The notes under the pieces: generated by a model
The model's input: the letters and a program-made list of their open reading frames with translations, nothing else
Database searches by the model: none
Told to the model about the DNA's origin: nothing
Source: Cladosporium halotolerans
Taxonomy: Eukaryota
NCBI RefSeq assembly: GCF_011745625.1
Contig: NW_027191490.1
Span: 1-64,000 of the forward strand
Length of the DNA stretch: 64,000 nucleotides
Direction: 5' to 3'
Position numbers and translations under genes: made by a program
Shown here: in pieces, positions 34,367 through 46,651 of the stretch
Numbering within the stretch: position 1 is the stretch's first letter
How the letters are laid out: the number at the start of each line of letters is the position of its first letter

Positions 34367-37300
34367 ATGGACGACTCACTGGCGTCTGCTCTGGACAAGC
34401 TGACCCTCAGCTCCGAAAAGCTCGATTCTGTGGACGACATCCTGGACCAGGCAAAGCCACGCAAACGCATCAGGAAGTCACCGGACGAAGTAAAGTCTCA
34501 GCTCGAGCAGGATTTCCTGACCCCATCGACGACTTTCAGCCCAGCGTGGCTCGACCGCCTACAGCAGCGATGGGACGCTCCGACCAAGCACAGCGAGCTT
34601 TTCGCCCTAGCTCCAACCCAGACACGGACGATCATCCGCTTCACTCGTGAAGGTCTCGAGGGTCGCGTGACCGGCTACAAAGAGGTCACTGTTCCTGCAA
34701 ACAGCGCTACGGCGAAGAACTCAACGTCTCTGCTCCGCAAGCCTGCGAACCGCGCGGATTTTGTGCGTGGCGCTGCGGGCTTCTACCCGTTTGCCCCTGG
34801 TGGCCTGGATGCCGTGGAGGCGACTGCCGCGTATGAAGACGAGCTTCTCGGACAGGACCGCGTTGATGCGAGCAAGTCGAACAAGCTCGCTCGCGTCATC
34901 AACTTTGCTGCCGAGGGCGGCTTGCTGGAGGTCCCGCCGGGTTTTAGTAGAGGGCTGAAGGTTCCGGAGAAGGCGGCTGAGAATGCCGAGGAGGCGAAGG
35001 ATGTTGAGAATGTTCTCGAAGAAGAACCTCAGCCTCAGGAGATGAGCAACGATGCCGCTACGGACGAAGCGTCTGCTGACCAAATGGCGGAGTCGGAGGA
35101 CGAAGGCGAAGAGGAGCTGGATGCTCTGCTGCCGGTTGAATTCCCTGCTTTGGCACCCCACGCTCCGCTTCTCGCCGGGCGTAACAAGCACGGTGGGCGT
35201 GAGTGGGCTCACATGGTCGATGTCAACCGGGACATCACGAACTTCAGAGAGCTTGTACCAGAAATGGCGAGGGAGTGGCCTTTCGAGCTTGACACGTTCC
35301 AGAAGGAAGCGGTCTACCATCTCGAAGGTGGCGATTCAGTTTTCGTCGCTGCTCATACTTCAGCCGGAAAGACGGTAGTTGCTGAGTATGCGATCGCATT
35401 GGCCGCGAAGCACATGACGAAAGCCATCTACACCTCACCGATCAAAGCACTCAGCAACCAGAAATTCAGAGACTTCCGCAACGAATTCGACGATGTCGGT
35501 ATCTTGACCGGCGACGTGCAGATCCGACCAGAGGCAAGCTGCTTGATCATGACGACGGAGATTCTTCGAAGCATGCTGTACCGCGGCGCCGATCTCATCA
35601 GAGACGTGGAGTTTGTCATTTTCGACGAAGTCCACTATGTGAACGACTCAGAGCGTGGTGTTGTCTGGGAGGAAGTCATCATCATGCTTCCAGAACACGT
35701 TACGCTGATCATGTTATCTGCTACGGTGCCCAACACCAAGGAGTTTGCCTCTTGGGTTGGTAGGACCAAGAAGAAGGATATCTACGTCATCTCTACACCG
35801 AAGCGACCCGTGCCCTTGGAGCATTACTTGTGGGCCGACAAGAAGATGTTCAAGATCGTTGACGCCGGCAAGAATTTCGTGGAGAAAGGTTGGAAGGATG
35901 CCAATGATGCCCTGTCCGGCCGCGACAAAATTATGGCGGCAGAGCAAAAGGCTAAGGAGAAGGAAGATGCTGCTGTTGCTGCTGGCCGGGGTGGACGTGG
36001 CAATAATCAGCGCGGTCAGCAGGGCAGGGGTGGGCAGCAGCGAGGTGGTGGCAATCAGCGAGGCGCTCCCGCGCAACGTGGAAGAGGGCAGCCCGCTCAA
36101 CGTGGTCATGGAAACATTGCTCGCACTGGCAGAGGTGGAGGGAGAACAAGTGCCGCCCAAGACAAGAATATTTGGGTGCACCTTGTCCAGCATCTGCGGA
36201 AGGAGGAGCTGTTGCCCTGCTGCATTTTCGTCTTTTCAAAGAAACGCTGCGAGGAGAACGCAGATGCGCTATCGAATTTGGATTTCTGCACGGCTGCAGA
36301 GAAGAGTGCTACGCACATGATCCTGGAAAAGTCACTTGCTCGCCTGAAGCCTGACGACAGGTCGCTGCCGCAAATCCGACGCATTCGTGAGCTCTTGAGC
36401 AGAGGTATCGCGGTCCACCATGGTGGCCTACTTCCTATCGTCAAGGAGTGCGTGGAAATTCTATTTGCAAAGACTCTTGTGAAAGTGCTCTTCGCCACGG
36501 AGACCTTCGCTATGGGTCTCAATTTGCCAACTAGGACCGTCGTCTTCTCTGGATATCGCAAGTACGACAACAAGGGCTTCAGAGATCTGGTGCCCGGTGA
36601 GTACACGCAAATGGCTGGTCGTGCAGGTAGGCGTGGCCTGGATAAAATTGGAACCGTGATAATCGTCGCCGCTGGTGCAGACGAAGCACCACCCGCCGGA
36701 AGACTGAGGCAGATGATGCTTGGCGAGCCTACGAAGCTGCGCTCTCAATTCCGCCTCACCTACAACATGATCCTCAATCTTCTGCGCGTCGAAGCTCTGA
36801 AGATCGAGGAGATGATCAAGCGATCGTTCTCCGAGAACGCCACGCAGACCTTGCTGCCTGAGCACGAAAAGCAGATCAAAATCTCAGAGGCCGATCTGGA
36901 GAAGGTGAAGCGTGAGTCTTGTGACATCTGCGATAAAGACATCGAGAAATGTCACCAAGCAAGCGTCGACTTCCAGTCCCTGACGCGTGATCTGCACCTT
37001 TCCATGCTGGCTACCCCCGTCGGTCGCCGCATGTTCCAGCCTAAGCGCATTATCGTTTTCAAGGGCAAGAACGATGTTCGTACGGTTGGCATCTTGCTAC
37101 GCGACGGTGCATCAAGGGGCGCCAACTCGACTGTTCAGGTCCTCGAGGTCATGTTCAAGAAGGCTCGCAAGCGCGAGGACGCCGATTTCCTTCCATACCT
37201 GCCTCGGTTCCGCAGACTGTTTACACCGCTCCCTCAGTCAGAATCGGAAATCGAACTGCGTCTGGCTATCATTCCCCTGCAGGACGTGGAGGCATTGACT

Positions 37301-38221
37301 AGCAGTCATCTGCAGGTCGACGTGAACGCTATCTTGCGCAAGGACAAGGACGAGCTTGCAAAGGCAAAGGCAGACTTACTAGCGGCTTGCTCGTCGTGGA
37401 CTTCCTCTACTTGGAATGAGCTGGATTATGGAAAGTACCTGAAGGAAATGTCCATCCGCGGTCTTTTGGATGAACGCGCGAAAGCATCCACAATCGCACA
37501 AGAACGCGAGTGCATCCACTGCAAGCAGCTACCACGCCACTTCGCTATGGCTCATGATCAGTGGGTGATCAAGGACAAGATCGACTCGATTCGGTCGCTC
37601 ATGTCCGATCAGAACTTGCAATTGCTGCCCGACTACCAGCAGCGCATCGCGGTTCTGACAGATTTGGGTTTTATTGATTCGAACTCACGCGTCGAGCTGA
37701 AGGGCAAGGTTGCCTGCGAGATCCACTCGGCCGATGAGTTGGTCTTGACGGAGCTGATTCTTGAGAACGTCCTCGCCGACTACGAACCAGAAGAGATTGT
37801 CGCCTTGCTTTCGTGCTTCGTGTTCCAAGAACGTACGGATTCTGCACCGAACCTCACTCCCGCGCTCGAAAGAGGCATCGAAACAATCGTCAAGATTTCC
37901 GAAAACGTAAACCGCTACCAGACCGCCCACCAAGTCATCCTGTCATCAGACGACAGCAACGACTTCGTCTCGCGCCCGCGCTTTGGCCTCGTTGAAGTGG
38001 TCTACGAGTGGGCACGCGGCATGCCGTTCTCGCGCATTGCCGAGCTAACAGATGTCTTGGAGGGCACAATTGTCAGGGTCATCACGCGATTGGACGAGAC
38101 TTGCAGAGAAGCGAAGAATGCGGCTAGGATTATTGGCGACCCTACCTTGTTCACCAAGATGCAGACCTGCCAGGAGCTTATTAAGAGAGACATTTGTGCC
38201 ACAGCCAGTCTTTACATGTAG
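34367..38221 (+). CDS. SKI2: Ski2 DExH RNA helicase (cytoplasmic exosome cofactor)
   Basis: Ski2 N-domain (NSTSLLRKP..DFVRG), AHTSAGKT, DEVH, SAT, EYTQMAGRAGRRGLD, C-terminal IKRDICATASLYM. Intronless, 1284 aa. Confidence 0.96.
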   Translation: MDDSLASALDKLTLSSEKLDSVDDILDQAKPRKRIRKSPDEVKSQLEQDFLTPSTTFSPAWLDRLQQRWDAPTKHSELFALAPTQTRTIIRFTREGLEGRVTGYKEVTVPANSATAKNSTSLLRKPANRADFVRGAAGFYPFAPGGLDAVEATAAYEDELLGQDRVDASKSNKLARVINFAAEGGLLEVPPGFSRGLKVPEKAAENAEEAKDVENVLEEEPQPQEMSNDAATDEASADQMAESEDEGEEELDALLPVEFPALAPHAPLLAGRNKHGGREWAHMVDVNRDITNFRELVPEMAREWPFELDTFQKEAVYHLEGGDSVFVAAHTSAGKTVVAEYAIALAAKHMTKAIYTSPIKALSNQKFRDFRNEFDDVGILTGDVQIRPEASCLIMTTEILRSMLYRGADLIRDVEFVIFDEVHYVNDSERGVVWEEVIIMLPEHVTLIMLSATVPNTKEFASWVGRTKKKDIYVISTPKRPVPLEHYLWADKKMFKIVDAGKNFVEKGWKDANDALSGRDKIMAAEQKAKEKEDAAVAAGRGGRGNNQRGQQGRGGQQRGGGNQRGAPAQRGRGQPAQRGHGNIARTGRGGGRTSAAQDKNIWVHLVQHLRKEELLPCCIFVFSKKRCEENADALSNLDFCTAAEKSATHMILEKSLARLKPDDRSLPQIRRIRELLSRGIAVHHGGLLPIVKECVEILFAKTLVKVLFATETFAMGLNLPTRTVVFSGYRKYDNKGFRDLVPGEYTQMAGRAGRRGLDKIGTVIIVAAGADEAPPAGRLRQMMLGEPTKLRSQFRLTYNMILNLLRVEALKIEEMIKRSFSENATQTLLPEHEKQIKISEADLEKVKRESCDICDKDIEKCHQASVDFQSLTRDLHLSMLATPVGRRMFQPKRIIVFKGKNDVRTVGILLRDGASRGANSTVQVLEVMFKKARKREDADFLPYLPRFRRLFTPLPQSESEIELRLAIIPLQDVEALTSSHLQVDVNAILRKDKDELAKAKADLLAACSSWTSSTWNELDYGKYLKEMSIRGLLDERAKASTIAQERECIHCKQLPRHFAMAHDQWVIKDKIDSIRSLMSDQNLQLLPDYQQRIAVLTDLGFIDSNSRVELKGKVACEIHSADELVLTELILENVLADYEPEEIVALLSCFVFQERTDSAPNLTPALERGIETIVKISENVNRYQTAHQVILSSDDSNDFVSRPRFGLVEVVYEWARGMPFSRIAELTDVLEGTIVRVITRLDETCREAKNAARIIGDPTLFTKMQTCQELIKRDICATASLYM

Positions 38222-38759
38222 AGCCGTTGAGGAGGGTGTGCGCTGTGCAGCAAGGGAGGAGGTATTGCGTGGCACATGATAGGACGATAGATACGGAACA
38301 TGAAGGTGCCTTGGGAGGAAGCATACTAGAGCATGAACCATAGCATGAGCATTATTATATTGACGTACGTTTCCCCCGATGATGAACGAATGGCTAGGAG
38401 ACTATACGAGTGTGAAAAGTCTCAGATAAGCAACAGATTGTTGTGGCACGACCCGCATCGCTTGTGAAGAGAAAGAAAGCGGGTGCCGCCGACCGCCTTT
38501 CTGAAACACAACCCACCAGCTTCCGCCAAAACCCCTCGGCGCACCTGCCGCAGCCCGCCCATCAGACTCTTGCTGAACCGTGCTGCACATTTATCGATTC
38601 ACCCCGCCCACACTCACGCAAAGTCCCTGGGCTCGCAGAGGAGGGAACGGACATCACATTACATTGCTCTACCCCACATCTCACCTCTCCCGACATTTGT
38701 TAGAAATCACCCGCGCGGTCGGCGTCAGGCACCACCTGCTGCTTGGGGAGTACTACAGT

Positions 38760-41700
38760 ATGGACGCTGCCGGCTTGCGTAGTCGCATAGAAGCGACACT
38801 CCAGACCGATGCGGACCACCGCCGTCAGGCAGAGGCCGAGTTGAAGGCCGTACGTTTCCTACCGACTCTGTGCCACAGGAGTCCTTGGGGCGCGTTTTGC
38901 TGACTTCAAGTCATAGGCAGAGGAGAATCCTGGCTTCCTGGACACTCTGCTGACGATTCTCGAAAATGAGCAAAATCCCGGCATCCGCCTTTCTGGTATG
39001 CAAAATTTCTTTGGAGGGACTGCAACGTAAGAGTCGGAAGTGTATTTTCAGGATAGGACGCGCGGAGGAAGGGAGACGGAGCACAGATCGCTGACATGTG
39101 ACACCTTGCAGCTACGGTATATTTCAAGAATCGCGTGACCAAGGGTTGGTCGAAGCCGGAAGACGCGACTGGTTCGACCGCCATTTCAGACCAGGAGAAA
39201 GCCGCTGTTCGCGCACGACTAGTACCCGTCCTCGCCCATGCCGCCCCAAACACAAGAGCACAGCTTGTCGTCGCCCTTCAGAAGATCTTGCACAACGACT
39301 TTCCTAAGCAATGGCCGGACTTCGTGGACGTGACGATCAACCTCCTTAACGGCACCGACATGCCGGCTGTTTTCGCGGGACTTCAGTGCCTGCTTGCGAT
39401 TTGCCGGACCTACAGATTCAAGCTCGGAGACAGCAGGGAGGATTTTGACAAGATCGTCGAGGCCACTTTCCCAAGGTTGCTGGCGATCGGAAATGGCTTG
39501 GTGGAAGAGGAGAGCATAGAGGCTGCGGAGATGCTGCGGACAGTCCTTAAGGCGTACAAGCACGCTATTTATTTCGAGCTGCCTATGCAGCTGAGGTCAC
39601 ACCAGGCCATGGTCGACTGGTGCACACTGTTCCTGCGCATCGTCGCTAAGCAACCACCGCAGTGCTCGATGGTGGACGATCTGGACGAGAGGGAGCTCAA
39701 CCACTGGTGGAAGTGCAAGAAGTGGTCGTACGTCAACCTCAACAGGCTCTTCGTCCGCTACGGAAACCCGGCCAGCTTGCAGAAGGGCAACGGCGACGAC
39801 TACGCCGAGGTTGCCAAGACTTTCATCACCACCTTTGCTCCGGAGATCTTGAAGGGGTATCTGTCGCAGATCGAGAAGTGGGTGCAGAAGCAGACGTGGC
39901 TGAGCAAGCCTTGCTTGTCTCACACGCTCGCTTTCATGGACGAGTGCGTGAAGCCTAAGACTATGTGGGATCATCTCAAGCCTCACATGCCGGTTCTGAT
40001 CGAGCACCTCGTCTTCCCAGTGCTGTGCCAGACGGATGAGGATGTCGAACAATTCGATGATGAGCCCGCAGAGTACCTCCACCGCAAGCTCAACTTCTAC
40101 GAAGAAGTCTCCGCGCCTGACGTTGCAGCTACCAACTTCCTCGTCACACTGACCAAGGCCCGAAGAAAGCAAACATTCGAAATTCTGAACTTCATTAACA
40201 ACATCGTCAGCAAGTATGAAGCTGCTCCCGATGACCAGAAGAATCCTAGGGAGAAGGAGGGCGCGCTGCGTATGATCGGCACGCTGGCTAATGTCATCCT
40301 GGGTAAGAAGAGTCCGATTGCCGACCAGGTCGAATACTTCTTCGTCAGACACGTCTTCCCCGAGTTCAGGAGTCCTCACGGCTTCCTCCGTGCCCGCGCT
40401 TGCGACACTCTGGAGAAGTTCGAGTCTCTCGACTTCAAGGACCCGAACAACCTTGTCATCATCTACCGCAACATCCTCGAATCCATGGCCGATCCCGCCC
40501 TTCCTGTTCGAGTCGAGGCCGCTCTTGCTCTCCAGCCTCTGATCAGACACGACCCGATCAGGACAATGATGCAACAGAACATTCCTCAGATCATGCAGCA
40601 GCTGCTGAAGCTTGCCAACGAAGTCGACGTCGATGCTCTTGCAAACGTGATGGAGGACTTCGTTGAGGTCTTCGCAGCCGAGCTGACTCCCTTCGCCGTC
40701 GCTCTCAGCGAGCAGCTTCGCGACACCTACCTGCGCATTGTGCGTGAGCTCATTGAGCGCCAGAACTCCAAGGACGGCGAGGACGAATATGGCGACTTCC
40801 TTGACGACAAGAGCATAACAGCCCTTGGTGTGTTGCAAACGATCGGCACTCTTATCCTGACGCTTGAGAGCACACCCGACGTCCTCGCACACCTCGAAAC
40901 CATCCTCATGCCTGTCATCACTATCACCCTGGAACACAAGCTTTACGACCTTTACAACGAAGTATTTGAGATCATCGACAGCTGCACATTTGCGGCCAAG
41001 ACTATCTCGCCCACCATGTGGCAAGCATTCGAGATGATCCACAAGACCTTCAAATCCGGCGCCGAGCTTTACCTGGAGGACATGCTTCCCGCCCTTGAGA
41101 ACTTTGTCAACTACGGCTGGAGAAGTCTCATGGAGAACCACCAATACCTCGAGGCGGTCGTCGATATGATCCGAACGATCTTTAAGGATGAGAAGGTCGG
41201 AGGCATCGATAGAATCTGCGGATGCAAGCTTGCCGAGATTCTCATGCTCAACCTCCGTGGCGGTATTGACAACTACGTCCCCGAGTTTATTGGGCTCGCG
41301 ATGACGATTCTTACCAATGAAGAGCTCAAGGTCAAGTCGTACAGAATCCACCTGATGGAGATGGTCATCAACGGCATCTACTACAACCCCAGACTTTCGG
41401 TACATATCCTCGAGAGCAACGGCTGGACAAACAAGTTCTTCAGCATGTGGTTCTCCAGCATCGACAGCTTCACTCGTGTGCACGACAAGAAGCTTTCCAT
41501 CGGCGCCATCACTCAGCTTCTCACACTCCGCGCGGACGAGGTTCCTCAAAGCGTGCAACAGGGCTGGCCAAGACTCCTGCAAGGTGTTACTCGCCTCTTC
41601 CAGACTCTTCCTGCCGCCCTGAAGAACCGCGAGGACGCACAGCGGGAGGAGGACTTCGGTCTTGGTGAAGACTTTGACGACGAGGACGAAGACGACGAGT

Positions 41701-42156
41701 GGGAGGGTGAGGACTGGGACCACGAGGAGACCGAAGAGGCTGTGGACGTTAAGGACGAGAGCACCGCCTACCTCGACTTCCTGTCGCAACAGGCCTCGAA
41801 GTTTAACGCCGTCGCCGGCGACGATGATGACGACGACGAGTTGGAAGAGGAGAGCCTGCTTGAGACACCCCTGGACCAGATGGAGCCCTACGGTCTCTTC
41901 AAGACCGCGCTTCAGAGTAAGTTTATCCTATCATCGGACCCCGAAACCCTCCACCAGCACGCGCTAACAATTCTTCCTCCCAGCTCTCTCCGAATCCCAG
42001 CCCCAACTCTACAGCCAGCTTACCGCTAGCCTCTCGCCCGAGGAGCAGCAAGTCGTCAAGTCCGCCGTCGAGGAGGCCGACAAGATCGCGCTCGCGCAGG
42101 CCCAGGCTCAGCAGGAAGGTGGGGCGCCTCCCAACCTCAATGGTTCTTCCAGCTAA
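38760..42156 (+). CDS. NMD5: Importin-7/8 family karyopherin (Nmd5/Sxm1-like); 4 exons
   Basis: IBN_N start (HRRQAEAELKA, VYFKNRV..W), DFPKQWP, HWWKCKKW, RVHDKKL, acidic C-terminal loop. Introns about 38850-38916, 38996-39111, 41918-41983. Confidence 0.9.
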
Positions 42157-44740
42157 ATTGTTCCGCGTTCTCTTGCACAGGCGGCCCTTCGCCGCTCGCG
42201 AAACTTGACTGAGACGATACGTCCGAACATTCGATCCTTCGGACGTGTGCTGAAGATCTGAACGAGACTTTTGGAGGGCAAAGGAGGGAGCGTGGGAGTG
42301 GATTATACCCGAGGTGGACTGGAAGACGGTCGCTCGAAGAGGTCGTTGAAGTTGGAGAACCCTGCTTGGAGGGAATTGCGGTGAAAAGGAGAGAGACGGG
42401 GAAGGGAAGAGGCGATGGCGAGACTTTCGCGGCACGCGACTTTCTCATCAGGGACGTTTGAACGATGATGGTCCGACGATTGGGGTCGGGAAAAAGGATA
42501 AGGTAGCATATGATCATTTTTTTTCTCTTTGTCTCCTTTCGCCCGTTCGTTATGGCTTGTCAGACAAGGCTTGACGGTTCTATCTAGCATCAGTGAGCGT
42601 TCATCCGCATGCAAGGTCAGGGTCATTCGACGAAAATAAAAAAAAATATTCATCATTCCTCCTTCAACCATCCCAAGTCACTTCTACCCCATCTGTCACT
42701 GAAAGAAAGACAAGGCAAGACAAGACAACCCAGGCTAAACCGACTCACTCCCAAGACCCATCCCTATCTCCCAGCCCGCCCTCCAAGCAAACCATCCATC
42801 GACCGGGTGAATGCCTCGCTGCAATATCGATCGCCAAGCCCAGAGAAGGTTCAATCTCACAGCAGATACAAGACAACTTTCACTAATGACTTATACCGCT
42901 ACCGCCCCATCCGCCCATCCTACAGGACGCCACAGAGCCCAGATCACCCGCCCGCCCAAGGCTGGACGATCTTAGCCGCCGCTGCAGTCCGAGGCGCCTT
43001 GCAGCTGTCTGGCGAGGGGAGGGTGTGCCTGAGGTTCGGGTCATTTTTGGGGAAAGGAGGAAGATGCCATGGAAAGATAGGCGATTTGGGTTTGGGATCT
43101 GTTTGGAGGGAGCTGGGGGTGTGGTGATACATCGTTGCCAAATGGGGAGACGGAGGGGGCAGGTTGGGGAGAGGAGCTGGAAAGGGAAGGGATGCGATGG
43201 TTTTGCTCGTGTGCCGCCTGTTTCACGGCTCGTCTACAGAATCTTCACCGGCGAGTCAGTCGATATTCTACTGTCCGATGCACTTGCCTTGCGGGTGCCG
43301 GATTCGACGATCATTAGACCAAAGTATCCGCCGATTGACCGGTCGGCGCTCCGTCTCTCAGCCGTCGACTAGGGAGCTCTGCTGTTATGGAATTTGCAAT
43401 TTGCTGGATCATCTGCGCCTATATTGCGGCGCACGCAGCCGGCCGCAGCGAGAAATGCAGGGAGTCAGGCTACTGTATGTAGGTCAAATGCACTGTCGCG
43501 TGGCCTGGTGGCGCGCATGCGTGTGCCAGGGCCTGCTGCGACGGGAAGGAGAAAAGACAGGCGTGCTTTTGGAGGAGACTTTCTCGGTTGACAGGCAAGA
43601 GTTTTGCTTGTTCTTGTTGATCGCTCTCGGCAACGGACGAAATGTAGGGTTGCCAGCTGTCACGATCTTCGACTGGTTGGACAATTGTGCGGAGAAGTCT
43701 GGTCGTCCAACGCCTCTCGCCGTGGTCCAGACTGGTGACTACTCGATTCCGTTTCTGCCGACAGAAGGATTCTGTCTACCTTACACGAGGAATCCACACC
43801 TGACAGCTGGTCACGAGGTTTGAGGCTCAAGCCGCCGCAGCGATAGTTTCGGGTCGTCGTGCCGCTACAAGGTGCTGGCTAACGCATACCAGCACGACGG
43901 ATACCCATATGGTCTGACCTACCTGCCGGCAAGCGCTGGCGGCGTTGCCGCCCTGCAGAGGATTTGATTGAAGAATAGCAGTCGCCAAGGCCGTCTGGAC
44001 ACGAGGAAACGGACAGGAAGCCGCCTAGCGAGAGGTCCTGCGGCGGGAAGACGGGAGGAGGTGTATTGGGGATGGCGATACCAAGGCGGTTAAATGAGCG
44101 TGTACTTCTCGACCAAGGCGCGAGAGGCTGTCCGGGGTCCAAGACGGGCTTGGTGCGAAACGCCAGGCGGGGTCCGGGTGTCTTGTTGCAAACGCTTGGT
44201 CGCTTGGGGAGCCTGCGCCGCCGAGGGGAGACGAGCGCTGCAGGGAGGTGCATGTGTAGAGATGTGGCACGCATGGTGTTGTGAGTAGAGTGGGCGACGA
44301 CACGCTGGCGATGTTGGCGAGAATAGTGGAGTAGCGCGAGACCGTCAGGACCCAGAGTCATGAGCGGGCGATCGCATCCTCAGGCCCATTTCTCCCCATC
44401 TTCTCCCCACGGGGAGCGGCACGGCCGCAGCACTCCATCCACCGCCGTGCCACATGGTAGCCGCGGTTAATATGGGCCTGCCCGGTGCCCATGTGAGCCT
44501 TGGCAGCGCCGCAGCGCAAAGCTTGGGTATTGCTCGTTCGCTTACGGCCGCCGGAGCGAATGGCAGGCGGGCACGCAGATGAGCGTCCTCTGGCCCATCC
44601 AGTCGAGGCCATCTCGGCTCGCATTGAGCCTGATATGGCCTCCGCTGCGGCGGTGCGAAGCAGCAGATCTGGCGCTCGCGGCGCGTGAGTACACGGCTCG
44701 CGAGCCCATGCCGCCTGTATCGTGCGAACATCCTCCCCTG

Positions 44741-44748
44741 CTATATAG
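44741..44748 (+). promoter_or_regulatory. Putative TATA element of the sugar transporter
   Basis: CTATATAG about 135 nt upstream of the ATG at 44876, followed by a CT-rich leader. Confidence 0.45.
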
Positions 44749-44875
44749 CTGCTCGACTGCCTCTTGAGAGCCTCCTGGTTTGGCTTTCCTTTCCCCAGGC
44801 TGAGCTAGCATATCTCAACCCTCGATTCGTTTCTTCGATCGGTCTGCCAACGAGACCGACCAGCCCACATTCGCT

Positions 44876-46651
44876 ATGGCTCCTCACGTCGCCGCCCCCA
44901 AGACCGATGTCGTGGCCGAAGCGCAGGCCGCGGCGCCGGCCATCCCCAAGGTCGACTGGAAGAAGTCGCCCAACATGAGGAAGCTCTACTTCTACGCCGC
45001 CATCCTTTGCGTTGCCTCTGCGACCACGGGTTACGACGGGTGAGTGCGAATGCACCATTGGATCAGCGAGATCGAAGACTGACGATATGGAACAGCTCCA
45101 TGTTGAACGCCATGCAATTCTTCCCGTCGTGGGTGTCCTACATGGACACTCCGACGGATGTCACTCTCGGCCGTCTTTCCGCCATGTACTCGATCGGTTC
45201 TATCGTCTCTCTCCCCGTTGTGCCTTTCCTGTCCGACCACTTCGGCCGTCGTGTGCCCATTATCACCGGTTGCACAATCATGGTCATTGCCGCTTCGATC
45301 CAGACTGCCGCTATCAACCTCCCGATGTTCGAGGGTGCCCGTTTCTTCATGGGTTTCGGCAACTCGCTCGCCCAGCTCTCCGCTCCTCTGCTCCTGACTG
45401 AGATTTGCCACCCGCAGCACCGTGCTCGTGTCACCGCCGTCTACAACTGTCTCTGGAACGTCGGCGCGCTCATCTGCTCGTGGATCTCCTTCGGCACCCA
45501 GTACATCGACAACGACTGGTCTTGGAGGATCCCGACCCTCATTCAGGCCCTGCCTTCCGTCGTCCAGCTCATGTTCATCTGGTGGATCCCCGAGTCCCCA
45601 CGTTGGCTCATCTCCAAGGAGAGGACCGAGGACGCGCTCAACATGCTCGGCAAGTACCACGCCGACGGCAACATCGACGACCCCGTGGTGCAGTTCGAGT
45701 TTGAGGAGATCAAGGAGACCATCCGCCTCGAGTTCCTCGCCAAGAAGAGCTCCTCCTACTTCGACTTCCTCAAGACCAAGGGCAACAGGTACAGGCTGAT
45801 GCTCATCATCTCTCTCGGTCTCTTCTCCCAGTGGTCTGGCAACGCTCTCTTCTCTTACTACGCCAACAAGGTCTACGAAGCTGCCGGTGTCTCTGGCTCC
45901 AAGGCTGGTCTCGGCCTCGACGGCGGCAACAAGGTCCTCTCCCTCATCGTCTCCATTTCTTGCGCTCTGCTCTGTGACCGCGTCGGTCGTCGCCCTCTCT
46001 TCCTGGCTGCGTAAGTCATCCCCCAGAACCCACTACGCAAATCAACCCAAGCTAACCCTCCCCCAGCACCGGCGGTATGCTCCTCTGCTTCATGGCCGCA
46101 ACCATCGCCGGATCCCAATACAGCCGCACGGGCGAGCAAGGCACCGGTATCGCCGTCATCGTCTTCTTCTGGATGCACGGCGTCGCCTACGCCTTCGCCT
46201 GGTCCGGTCTCCTCATCGCCTACACCGTCGAGGTCCTGCCCTTCAAGCTCCGCGCCAAGGGTCTCATGATCATGAACATCGCCGTCAACGTCGCCCTCGT
46301 CATGAACAACCAGGTCAACCCCATCCCCATGGATGGCGTCTGGAAGGGCACCGAGTGGAAGCTGTACTGCGTTTACACGGCCTGGATCGCCGTCGAGCTC
46401 GTGTTTGTGTACTTCTTCTACGTCGAGACCAAGTATGTTACCCTTCGAAGGATGAGAGAGGATGCAATTGCTAACGGATTGTTCACAGGGGCCCCACGCT
46501 CGAGGAAATCGCGCGCATCTTCGACGGCGACGACGCCGAGGTCGGCACCGCGCACATCAAGGATCACCCGGAGCTGTCCAACGACTTCCACGACGAGAAG
46601 CGCTCGTCCGAGGCCGTCGTGCACCACGAGACGATCTCGCCCAAGGTCTGA
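44876..46651 (+). CDS. Sugar porter, lactose permease/cellodextrin transporter (LAC12/CDT-like); 4 exons
   Basis: ATTGYDG/SMLNAMQ, SDHFGRR, TEICHPQHRAR, WRIP, PESPRWL, QWSGN, VEVLPFKLRAKG, ETK/GPTLEEIARIFDG. Introns about 45040-45095, 46011-46067, 46433-46488. Confidence 0.92.

Noticed and set aside
38996..39111. 116-nt importin intron with internal GTAAGA..TTTCAG (possible nested intron)
   Set aside because: The internal segment is only about 25 nt and has no branch point.
39597..41789. 730-aa antisense ORF (also 698-1618, 9478-10497, 45031-45660, 50454-51371)
   Set aside because: Shadows of genes with strong C/G-ending codon bias; no recognisable motifs.
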